64,000 nucleotides of DNA, taken from the NCBI GenBank assembly GCA_002269645.1, contig NIVC01003169.1, positions 51,408 to 115,407 of the forward strand, in the 5' to 3' direction. Below, piece after piece: positions 1 to 12,000 of this stretch. The DNA comes from Macrostomum lignano (taxonomy: Eukaryota). A program made the position numbers and the translations under genes. The notes below the pieces were generated by a model, which saw only the letters and a list, made by a program, of their open reading frames with translations, did not search any database and had not been told where the DNA came from. Position 1 is the stretch's first letter. Every line of letters starts with the position of its first letter.

Positions 1-3000
1 CTGGAAGATGCTCTTCATCGTTTCTTCGTCGAACGCGCTGACCCCAATCAGAACACAGTGCCGTAGGAAGCGTCGCGTAATCAACTGCCTGCCACCACTT
101 ACATCCATGGCGCACACCATGTTCACATTCTGAACCTTCACCACTGTGGTGTCCTTTCTGCAATGAGAAAATCGAGTCAGTTTAGTTAGCCCTGTCCTAT
201 CTAACCGGCTATCTTTTATTTAGATATAGATTCTAGCATGTCATAAATAACTTTCATGTACGGAGAATCATACGCACCTGTCATACCAGAAGCCGTGGTC
301 TACTAGCTGCCTAAGTACTTCAATAGGCGGCTGGGCGCCGTACTTCTCCTTTGCTGGCATGTTCAAGTCGTCAACAAACACTACAAGACGGCGATTAAGC
401 TGCGGCATGTAAAGTCCTTTGCGAACTCTGTCCAGCTTTGCAAAGAAGTTGTCCTGCACTGAGTCAGCAGACGTTTGCGCCGAAAAGTTGACAGTGTGTG
501 TAACGTACACCTTTGGGTCCAGTGAGTGCAAGAAGCTCTTGGCCACTGCTGTCTTTGAGGTGCCAGTGGGTCCGATGAGCAGGCAAGGCACATTGTTTGC
601 GAGCAGGCGGTTGAGGAAGTAACTCTCGATCTGAGTCTGCACCACAGGAACAATGATTTCCTGGATTGGCTTGGTCTTCATCTCCTCCTCAATGTCGATT
701 GGCTTGATCTGGCTGCTCCACTGTACCCAGGAGCCGAACGGCTTGGTCACATAGACATGATCAAACACGGTTCCTCGCTTGGGTATGAGCAGGTTTCTGG
801 CACACCGGAGCCCTTTGGGTCGGGGGTACTGAGCACTGGACCCTTCGGGCATGTCGCACAGCTCGCGAAAGAACTGATCGAACACCTCCCGGCCGTGCTG
901 GTCCAGCAAGCTGCCGGTGCCCCAAACGACGGCAAAGAAGAAGCAGCTGAGCATCACGTTGGTGCGCTCATCTTCGATCTTCTGCGCGGACCGAGTCGGC
1001 TTCTTCACAAGGTCCAGGTTTTCTGAGTCGAACTCGAAATCGTCGTCGTCATCGTCTTCTTTTTCGCCAATTAGTCTGGAAAATAATGGTTAATTAGCAG
1101 AATTGGAGCTGTAATTAGAATTACAATAGCAATTCTTGTTTTACACATTTGCTCAAAAGATTTATGGAAAGCTCTTAGGTTAGGATCAAGTCTTGCAGCG
1201 TAACTTTTCGTTACTTAAAAACAATATTGAGAAAGACAGCCCCCAGCCACTAACACTAACTAAAGATCCACGCCCTTGAGCGCACCACCACCTGCTCGCC
1301 TACAGTTCTTTACTGCATCGCACAGCTTAACCGCTTAGGCACCTCCAATTAGGTGTCCCTAAGGTGGCCACCCCGGCAACGACTTGGCCGATCGCCTGAC
1401 TGGGCCTGTTACTGGTTCCCTGTCCGTGTCCCCCCCCCCTAACTACCGTTGTCACCACTCGGGTAACGCCGCCAGTCGGTGGCTTCAAAGCACTTGAAAG
1501 GTTTGCTAACGCCCCCGGCTGTCGGCGCGGCTCTCTCCTGTCCTTTCTTCCCACGCAGGGCTCTGCTTGAACTCAATCGCAGGGAAATCAGGGCGGTGAC
1601 CATTGCAATCTCGGGTCATGGCTGTTTTACCAGGCATCGCTAACTGCAGGGAAAATCCGTAGTGAGGAATGCTCATTATGCCTCACCTGTGTTGAATATG
1701 CGGAGCACTTCATTTGTGAATGCCCCGCCTTTACTCAGGACAGGCTCACCTACCTCGATCCAAATCGGGACCTTTATGAAGTTTTCATATCTTAGAATCT
1801 TTGCCAGCTCTTCCGCTAACTAAAGAGCTACCGGGCGAGCAACCATGCACCTTCCAGGACTCTCCGCTGTATTAAGTAAGTAACCCCGTACTACGAGTAG
1901 ATAGTTCAGTCGGATTCTAAAAAAGCTCACTTATTGACGCAATACGTGACGCAATAGACGCAATAGATGCAAAAAAGTAGTCATGCATCTGATTTGAAAA
2001 GCACGGAGAACTTCTTACTTGAGATCCTGCAGCAGGGCCGCGTACAGGTTGATGACGCTCATGGTCATGTGATTTGGATTGACGGGTATTGGCAGGAGGC
2101 AGGAGCGACCAACGAAGGCGAGACAGGGCGGCAAAATCCAGTTGAATAGCAGGCGAACCTGTCGGGCCTGCTCGGGACCAACTTCCGGGGGAAGATGATA
2201 GCGCAGCCAGGCATCGACCAGAGGCTGGTGGGTGAGCTCGCGCACCTCCATGTACACCATGCCGCAGCGACTGACCGTGGCAGGGCTCGCCTGGTCGAGG
2301 TCCCTCGGCTCGAAGATCATGTTCTGGCGTGATGACATTTGAATGATTTCGCCGGACATTAGGCAGAGCTTCCGGTTGTCGTCAAGGACGGTGTTCATGT
2401 TTTCTATCCACACCGCGTCCACCGGGCCGTCAAAGACGATCCACTTGCGCTCCTCCTGGTAGGAGGCAGCGTGCTCGCGGAAGATGTTTGCCAGTACGCC
2501 TGTGCAAAAATAATTTTAAATGCCAAAAGTGACTTTTTGTATGCAAGAAACTTCACTGTCTACTGTGACGTTTGATCAGTAGTAGGTGAGGTTGCTGACT
2601 GCAGCAAATTAGGTAGAAAATTTCATTTTTTAAGTTTTCAACTTTCATGGAAAATATTAACATCTTCATAATCGAGTTTCAATGACCGAATCAACCATCA
2701 GCAGAACTGATTATCCGCATCGCAAGTGTAAGTCGTACTGGTAGAGTGTGTGATTAAAGGGTGCAGTACGGTATGTACGATTACAGTGGAACCCCGGCAG
2801 AAACAGTCCCCTTACCGTCTGTCCATTCATGCGACACCGGATCGAATCGGCCATAGAGCTGAGCCATGCTCACAGCCTTCGGGTTGATGATGCGAAAATC
2901 CACGGGCAGCTCTCGCATGCCTCCAACTTCCTCTTGCTCGTGAATTTTCCGTAGCGCCAGGGCGAGAGTCCGGATAGCGGAGGTCTTGCCTGCAAGCGTC

Positions 3001-6000
3001 TCGCCAACCACCATCAGGCCGTGGCGCACGAGTATCATGTCATAGAGTTGCAGCAGCTTCTGCTCAAACCAGGGGACGCACTCCAGCTTCAGCTCGTCGG
3101 CAGCGTCTCGCAGCTTTTGCCGCAGCAGCGAGTAGTCTGGCGTCAGGTGCGAAACGCTGGGAAACAGATCGGACAGGATGCCCTCGAACAGTGGAATGTC
3201 TGGTGACAGAAACTGGTTGGTGAGGAGCGATTTCGTAAGGCACTTTTCTGATTCTAAACACATTCTGAATACAAAACCAAAACCTGCTCAATTTAGCTCA
3301 GAACAAACACTTCGTTAGTTTAAAATTTAGGACTATGCTTTTAGAGATCTCTAAAACTATGTCTCTAAATAGATCTCTAAAACCATATCAGTATGGTTTA
3401 AGAGATCATTAATGTTTTAGCCGAGGGAAATGGAAACCATAAATGAAAAACATTCGCAGGAGAGCTGTGAACACCTGACGCAACGACTTCGGCGACTTTG
3501 TGCCACAACCAAGCACTGAGGCATTTCTGCCGATTCCGCCGAGTCCTGAGCACATACGGACGCACGCACATAGGCACGCACTCATACACACTAAAAAACG
3601 TCTAAAAAACGTCTAAAAAACTAATCGTCTAAAAAACAAAAAACTGATCCGTGACTATTGGCAGACCTTTGGCAGGTTGATGTCAACAATAGCTTTCAGC
3701 ACGAGTTTCTCTTCGGCATCGTCCATAAACTTTCGCTTCATCTGTCCAGCCGCTGTGAGGACGGACTTCACCGCTCGCATTCCATAGTCGTAATGATTCT
3801 GTGAGGACAACTGCTCAGAGCACAGCTTGTACGTAGCCACAATCTTTGCTGACAGAGACTGGGCCGCAACAAAGCCCATGCTGTAGAGTGAAATCTCGGC
3901 TATGAGCGCGTAGTCAGGAATCATCATGCTGACTGTGCGAAACAGCACCTTCAGGTTGTCTGGGAGCTCAGCCCTACCCGCGTAGCCTGAGTTCACGGGG
4001 GGTGTTGTTATATGCATTTTTTAAGCAAGGACGACTTAAGTAGAAGGACGGGAAACCTCGTTTCTTGGAAAATTTTAGAAGGCGGGTTTTCCCGAAAAAA
4101 TACACTACGGAGATAGGAAGTTTTCATTTTTTCAGCACAAAAATTGTTATTGCTTTTGATACGAGGCAGATCCAGTGTTCATCTTTTGATATGCTGTGCC
4201 TTTCTTATTGCTCTATCGATATTCGTGAAGCTTTTCGTTCAGAAAAATAGGATTCTGTGTTAATTTTTATTCTACATACATTTGCGCATGTCTTGTGCCT
4301 AAAAACCATTAAAATAGCACAGCTCGGCTTTTTGGTTTTATGAGTCCATTTATCATTCTTAGCTGACTGTGGAAAAAATATGCGTAGCACAAATGATAAA
4401 ATGGATTCATAAAACCAAAGATTTAGAGCTGTGCAATGCATTTTTAGTACTTTTAGGTGCGTAGAAAAAAAATTAACATTAACAAAAACTAACAGAATCC
4501 TACTTTTTTGAACGAAAGCTTTATGAATATCGATAGAGCAATAAGAAGGGCACAGCATATCAAAAGATGAACACTGGATCTGCCAGCAATAAGAAGCAAT
4601 AACAGCAATAACAATTTTTGTGCTGAAAAATGAAAACTTCCTATCTCCGTAGTGTATTTTTTCGGGAAAACCTGCCTTTTAAAATTTTCCAAGAAACGAG
4701 GTTTCCCGTCCTTCTACTTAAGTCATCCTTGGTTTTAAGTTTTAAAGTTTTAAATTATGCTTTGTTAAAATAACAAACATCTAAAACGCTAAAAATACCG
4801 AAACCCAAGAGCATTGGCAGAGCGACTGACTTCAGCTTAGTACACTGCATTGACTCAGTATTTTCCAAAGGGTGGTTGTTTTCTATGCTGCTGAATTACC
4901 TACTTTTAATCAATGAGCAGCGAGTTTGTAAATGAACGCTTCGACCTGAAATAAGCCAATAAATTAACAATTCGATGCGAAGCATCTAAAGTTTTTAGAA
5001 GCAATTCTATTGGTTATTTGCATTGAAAAAAATTTACAATTGCATCTTGATAGCACGTAACTTCTTGTGGTAGTCGGCGTATAAAAGGGCGAATATAGAA
5101 ATATAAAAATACATTGCGACAACGTTGCATCCTTAGGAAGGGCGACCCTGCCTTCGCCAATGGAACTAAACAGTAAGCCCTCTCACCCGGGTTCATAGTG
5201 ATGAAAATTGTGCACGACATGTTCAGACGCAGCTTTGTGCCCTCGAAGTAGAACTCCTCAGTGCGGTCGGTGATGGCCCGCTGAATGCTCTGCACCTGCT
5301 GCGCAATGACGGACAGCACCTCGAGCTCGATACGGTTGAACTCGTCAAAGCATGCCCAGGCTCCAGACTGCGCCAGGCCCTTGAAGAACTTGCCCATCGC
5401 CTCATAGTCAAGACCATCAGAACAGTTGAAAACCACGCACTGCTTGGCGACCGCTTTAGCCAGATCCTTGCAGGTCTCCGTCTTGCCGGTGCCTGTGGTA
5501 GTCATTTTCATTGAAGAGTAATTCTAAACTATTGTCCTAAGAAACAGAATTAATCAACACTGAAAGATATAGCTGATTTTGTGCTGCTGGTAAGAGTATA
5601 AGTCTTGATATGTATGTTTGTGGACAGCTTAACTACCATGGACACTATACACTTGAAAACGAGCTTTTGGCAATGGTTTTACCAATATATGACCTCAAGG
5701 GCATCCGAAAAGATACTGAATTAAGGCATGTTTTCTTCAAGACTAATTTACTAACTTAGTCACCAGCTACGCATGAAAGGTTCGCAACTAGACGAAAGCT
5801 ATTGAACATTGCTGTCTTAAATGAAACGTATTTCTCATTGAACCTGCATTTTTGAAACATTTTCCTTTGTTTTGCTTGTTATTCAGCATGTGTTAGTTTT
5901 ATCAATCACCCAGTTGAAAAGTTTTAAGCAGCGCTTACCTGCCGGACCCTCGGGCGCGCCGCCCAGATTGAGCTTGAGGGCCCCCATTAGGGTGCAGTAG

Positions 6001-9000
6001 CAGCGGTCAGTGAGCGGCGTGATCACTAGTCTCGGCGTGTTTCCCAGATACTCGAAGCCGTACGGCACTTCAGTGGTGACCATTCGCACGAGCAGGTCGC
6101 CGTCAATCCAGTAGTACCTCAGCTGCGAGGTCCAGCTGAAGTCCTGGGGACTCGTTGTTGCGAGCTGGTGCAGCTTGCGAACGACATCTCGAGCTTTAAT
6201 GAACATGTAAGTCGAAAAAAGGCGCCTTAATTTGAGTCTTTAGTAAACGCAGCGAAGATTGGCCTCACTCTGTGACCCAAACCTTACCGTGAACGTCAAT
6301 AACGATTAGCGCTTCCAGCGATATCCGCGTCATTGACGAAAGCTGGCCTCGGACCAGGCTCACTATTTCGTCAATCCGGTTGATCGATCTGAGCAGGTAC
6401 TGGCTCAGACCATCCTGCTGAGTCATTGCTGTGGCTACTTCTGACGTCCAATGTACAATGGACGCGGACAGGACTACCTGTCCAGGCCAGCGCGTCACCC
6501 AGTCCTTACGGTCGTGAGGCTGGTAGGCTTCAATAGCCTTGCCCGTCACACAGCGAAGGCTCTTCATCATCACTGTCTCTACCTGTTACAGATGAGAAGG
6601 TTATATGCATGCATTTATCGATTTTGGCCTTGTTGTCTCCTATGTGTTCAGAAACTCACTTCTAGTAGCCAAACTTCTACCAGGCCCTGAGCGTCAGCCG
6701 GGACAATCCGGCTCACGAAGTCAACCCGCTCGTTCTCTGCGGACACCATCGCTGTGATTTCCTGCTCGCTGCTAAAATTCAGCCTGGCGATGCCCTCGAA
6801 GCATTTTTTCAAGTGCGGCTGCACCCTTAAGGGATCCTTTGTTTCGCTGAGAATCTCCAATAGTTCGTCATTGGATAGGAAGAAGAATCGAGAGAAGAAC
6901 AATCGTTTCTGCTCCAGATAGTCGTTGAGGCCCTTGTGAATTACCTCCAACTTCTGGTGACACTCCTGAAGCTTTTCGAGCATTTCCTCTTGTGATGTCA
7001 CAGAGATTGCGTTGGAATTCTTTGCAGCGTAGCTCATGATTTTTGTCCAGTGCGTGTTGACCTCTTCAAACAGCTGACCCTCATTGGGTATTTGGCGTCG
7101 GATGTCAGCCGAGCTGAATATCGGCTCCAGGTAGAGCCACGAGCTTTGCACCTTGAGCCAGCAGTCCAGGATGTCTTTCATGCGATGCTGGATGGAGAGT
7201 TATAAATAATAAGTCTGATTTAATAAACTGACGGTATTCCTCAGTTGAGCAATTCTTAAAAATGAGTAAAAACAGTGGCTATGAAAGAAAGTAATTTCAC
7301 GGGCGATTTCTTTGCCTAGTAAATAATTCCTGCACATTTGCAAAAAAGAGGGGTCGGATTTTTAATCGGCTGTTTGTTAGTTACCCTCGCCAAATTTCAT
7401 CTGTGTCAAGTGCAGCGGCACATTTTAGTACAAAGAATAATAATCCTTAAAATATGGATCCCTTAACTTAATGCGAATGAACTCACTAGAAAGGCACTCC
7501 AGCGTGTCACTTCCTTCTTGAACGGCCCAATGAAGGGTGAGTTCAGCATGGTAGTTGTCTTGACAATGTGATCGTCCAGCAGTACCTGAACCTCATCGAA
7601 AGCGGCTAAAACACTTAGTCCCGTGTCTTTGTACGGCACAAAGGTGAAGTTCATATCTCTCCAACCAGTCTGCATCATTTTGAGCGCTTTCTCCAGTGCG
7701 AATTCCTTTGTAGCCTTCTGTGAGATGTTGCTGAGCTGCTCTAGATGCTTCTCAAGATTCAGACTGAGGTAGCTAGACAGCGGCGTGTCGGCCTGAGGTT
7801 CTATATTTTGCCCGACTTCTCGAGACATGGCCTGCCAGTGGCGCGACTTCAGGCCCGGATTGCACAAGGCGCGTACGAGGGGCAGGTTGATCTTGAACTT
7901 CTCCAGCCGAGCCTTCATCGTAGCGGCGCAGCGCATCGGCCCTTTGAAGTCCGGATGTGAAAACACTTTTGTTAGACGGTAGGCAGTCTTCCATAGGACC
8001 TCCACCTGGAATAGTAGAAAATAAGGTTAAGCAAACTAATATTTTTGCAACATAAAACTTATGCAGAGAAAGTGGCCGACCCAATAGGAGCGGGTGCGTG
8101 AAATATCTGGACATTTCGCGCATTCGTCGATCGTCATCAGTGCAGAAAACGACGCATAAACGACGCCAAACGACAAAACCGATTAGAAAATGCAGTTGCA
8201 GCATGAAATTTATCTAGAGAAAGTGGCCGACCCAAAAAGAGCAGCTGTGTGAAATATCTGGACATTCTGGTATTCATCGGTTCATCGAAATATCTGGTAT
8301 TCATCGGTTCATCGAAATATCTGGTATTCATCGATAGTCATCAGTGCAGAAAACGACGCGTAAACGATGCCAAACGACAAAACCGATCTATTTTGTTTGC
8401 TGCTGATGGCAGCCAACCCCTGCCAATAGCCTCACCCCTACTAAAGCACTCGATCGGACGATTTAAAACTCTGTGCATATAGAAATATCAATGAATAAAT
8501 TTGTTCCTCACGTGATAGTTCCCATGGAAAATAAATGTGCTAACAAAAGACAGTCTGTTTTATGCATAATTTTAGCGTGGTTCCAGCTTAGCCAAGACTT
8601 GAAACAGCAGCTTATACTCTGTATTTATTTATATTAGCCAGGTGGTGTGTGTTGAATTGACAGTTCTTATTTGGCTTTCGTAAAACCCAGGTAGCTGTGC
8701 TCCTGGATAGAAATAACACTTCTTGGAGCACTGTTAAGATAGGTTACGTGATAGAGGGCTTAGAACCATTGTGCACTGGCTAAAATCGAATAGCTCGTAA
8801 TATAAGAACAACGACATGAGTGATATGAGCTCCAACATGGTTCACACCATAAAACTCTTCAGTGGTTGCAGCTGGGGCTCCAGAGATAAAAACAATTTAT
8901 CACTGACTCTTATTCGGCTGCCACAAAATCCTATTGTCAGCAGAGCAACCGGGTCTTTTAATTGACATGCGAACAATGCGGACCTTGGCGGAAAAGATTT

Positions 9001-12000
9001 CCATTGTGATTTGGGGACGTCTGACTTCCGAGACTCTATATCGGGAATTTTATTACTTTGTATGGTGAAATGCATTGCTATGATTTCTTTGCAGTTCAAA
9101 TCATGATGGAGATTTATACACTCCCATGGCAACAGAGTCAGTGCAGTGAGTTGTGTGGAGCAGAGCTCTGCGGACATTGTATTCAGACTTTTTTATTGGA
9201 GAGCCAGAGAAAAGAGATGAAAGGAAGATGAGAAGAGAAGAGAAGAAAGAGACTTTAAGGCCGGGTTTCCTGGCTTTCGCCTGCTCCAGAGCAGTCATGC
9301 TGCTTCAGCACCCCAGTGCTGGTGTCCTAGTGAGAATGACGGTAGCAAAAGCACCAGCCATGCTACGATGAAAGTCAATGGAGAGCACTGAGTCTAGGAA
9401 AAGTCGACACTTAGAAGTAGGGTATCGTAGAGTTGAGTCGCCATCATCTTCACTTGAGTTTAAAACAGTTCTAAAACTGTTTGAAAGGCTTTCATTCTGC
9501 TTCAGTAAAGCCGTTCCCAAGAAAAGCATAATGCACATGAAAAGCACTGCATTTTTGCAAGAGTTTCTCTTGAGCTGAGGGTCAGTTTGCAAGTAGCTTT
9601 GGTGGATATTTTATTGCTGCTTCAAGCACTTCGCCTATTTTCTCTCAAACATTCATTATGAATTTTTCTGCCAGCCAATGCTATACAATTCCTCAACCGA
9701 TGCAGGTTTTACAGCTGGCAATATAAACATATACGAGTATTAGAGAAAGCAGCGAGTATTTTGCCTTTCCAATGCCTGCTCTGAAACTTAGGCATTAGGC
9801 ATTGCCGAATGTGGCAGTTGCCTACAGTTCCCGCATGGCCACATGCTGGCATTAATAATTACTGTATCGACTCAACACATCGATCGATGGCGGCAAGAGT
9901 AAAGCAGCGCCAGGGGCGAGAGAGAAAGGCCTTAGACTCCTTCTGTTTCTATTCTGAGTTGGGGAAAAAGCAAGTCTACAGAGAGGCAGGTGTGTAGAGT
10001 TTCCAACTTAGGCCTGAGGCAAAAATTAACTTCCTCAGCTGCTAGATGATCGAGAATGCAACTAACCTCCTCTTCGACGATCTCAGCGTCCACCTGCAAC
10101 ATGGGACCAGATATCCAGCTCTCCGAGCACTGCTGGAACCTGAGAATTCCACGCCATAGCCTCTCATATGGCTCTTTGAGGTTGTGAATCTCCTGCAGTT
10201 GGACATACTGCGTTTGGTTCCCCGTATTCAGCAGCAGCTCCTCGCGATTGATCCTGTTTTTCTCTTCGGTGCATTCGTCCAGTGCCTTTTGAATGTTGTC
10301 GAGCTCCTCGACATAAACTGCCGCGTCTGATATAATATCTTTGAGGCAAAGTTTCTCACGTCCTGCTTCAGGTTCATTAGCCGGTCAACGAACAAGGTCA
10401 TGGCCCGCTTGAGCCTACTCGTGGCCACGTCGTGCTCTTTGTTGAGTTTGAACTCGCTGTTTTCAATCAGTGGCATGATCTTCACTGGCCACATGAAGGT
10501 TCGCTTGTAGAGGCGAATGTCGTCTCTGCTCAAGTGCGCGTAGTCCATAAGGAATAGCAGGTTCTCTGCCGCTTTTTTAAGCTGCGCCTGAAGTGAGAAA
10601 TCGTGTTTTGAGATGCTAAAGTAATGTGTTGAAGCATCTATTGTATTTATTGGAGAGACGACTGGCTCTTACCTGTAAATCTAGCAGCTCGTCAACCGTG
10701 AGATTATCAACGTACTTCTGAAGGTCAACCAATTCCTTGGTCGTCTCAGACTGTTGCGTTATCCTTTTCACAATGTCATCGTAGTGATTGCAGATGTCGT
10801 CACAGAATGCGCGAGTTCCAGTCACAACGTTGTTGACCAGCAAAGAAATTAGGTAGTCAACCCGAGCCAACAGCGATTCATTCAGATGCGAGCAGTCCAG
10901 TAAAAATAGGTGCATGGGAACATGGTCTGGCATGACAGCTAGTTGATCGCGCAGAGCCTTGAGCTTCTCAATCTCTTTCACATAGTCCCTGAGATTGCGC
11001 TCCCGGCTGATAAATTTGAGAATCTTGCCTTCGGTGGTGCGGCTGATGATGTACTGAAACTGCTGGTAGCGCTGCTTGTACTTTGCTGGGCCCGGTGTGT
11101 TCGCGGTGATAACTGAAGTGAGTCGCCGCCGACAGTCCTCAATGAAGTCCTCTTCTGGGCTGACGCTCTGCAGACTTTCTAGCTCATCTCTCTGCTCAGC
11201 AGTGAGCACAAAGAGGTGGCTTTCAATGCGAGGAAAGTTTGCCGACGTAATGACCATCGCGTCTACTGTTGCGTGCAGAATGTTGGCGATAGTCTCCTCT
11301 GTTGGCTGCAGCTCGATTAGCTCCTCCTGAAGATCGATTTCCTGCAAAATAATTCAGACTGAGAATAATCAAGAATCAAACTCAAATGATCTGAAAGGAC
11401 CAAAACACTCACCAGAAAGACACGGAAAACACTGGGCAGCTGGGGCAGTGCCAGGTCGCAGGTCATCGTGTAGTCGCCTTCGTAATCATTTCCTGCCGAG
11501 TACGTTTCCAGCAGGCGAACCAGATCGCTACACGAAAGCTCCACCGTCATGCGAATGCACTTTGACATCACCTGCGCGATGCAGTTGAAGAAGTTGCTCA
11601 TTCGGTCCGCGCGTGTTTCCTGTGGGATTTTGTTGCGGGAGAAAGCATCAACCACTGCGAATAGCAGATTTTTTTATCATAAAGACTACAGGGCTTTTCC
11701 TAGACATTCACAATACGACTCGTATGCTGGGTGGGTGGGGCTACTTAGGTTTCCAGCGAAGAACCATTGTCAGCCCACAATTGAGCACCTCATCATTGGC
11801 GGCAATCCAGTCCTCAATGTGAGCCTGACTGTCATTGGTAACAGCGACGCATTCGGACATCCACTGTGTCTTTAACCGAGCACTTTGACTCTTGCTGAAG
11901 GTCAGACACCTGGCGCCGAAGTCGGAGAACGTCAGCGGATAGCTGGACTCCAGGTCGGCAAAATCGATGAGACGGAAGCTTTGAGAATAGCTGCAATGTT

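Noticed and set aside
4065-4692. Paired MENF-R-VFPKKY ORFs on opposite strands
   Set aside because: They are mirror translations of the MITE inverted repeats.
8840-9600. Nested gene in the large dynein intron (ORFs 8842-9177, 9101-9298, 9305-9592)
   Set aside because: The ORFs are in different frames, with no consistent splice sites and no recognisable domain; a decayed gene cannot be fully excluded.
10335-10345. Programmed ribosomal frameshifting in dynein (and in IP3K at 62898)
   Set aside because: No canonical slippery heptamer with a downstream structure is evident; homopolymer deletion error is simpler.
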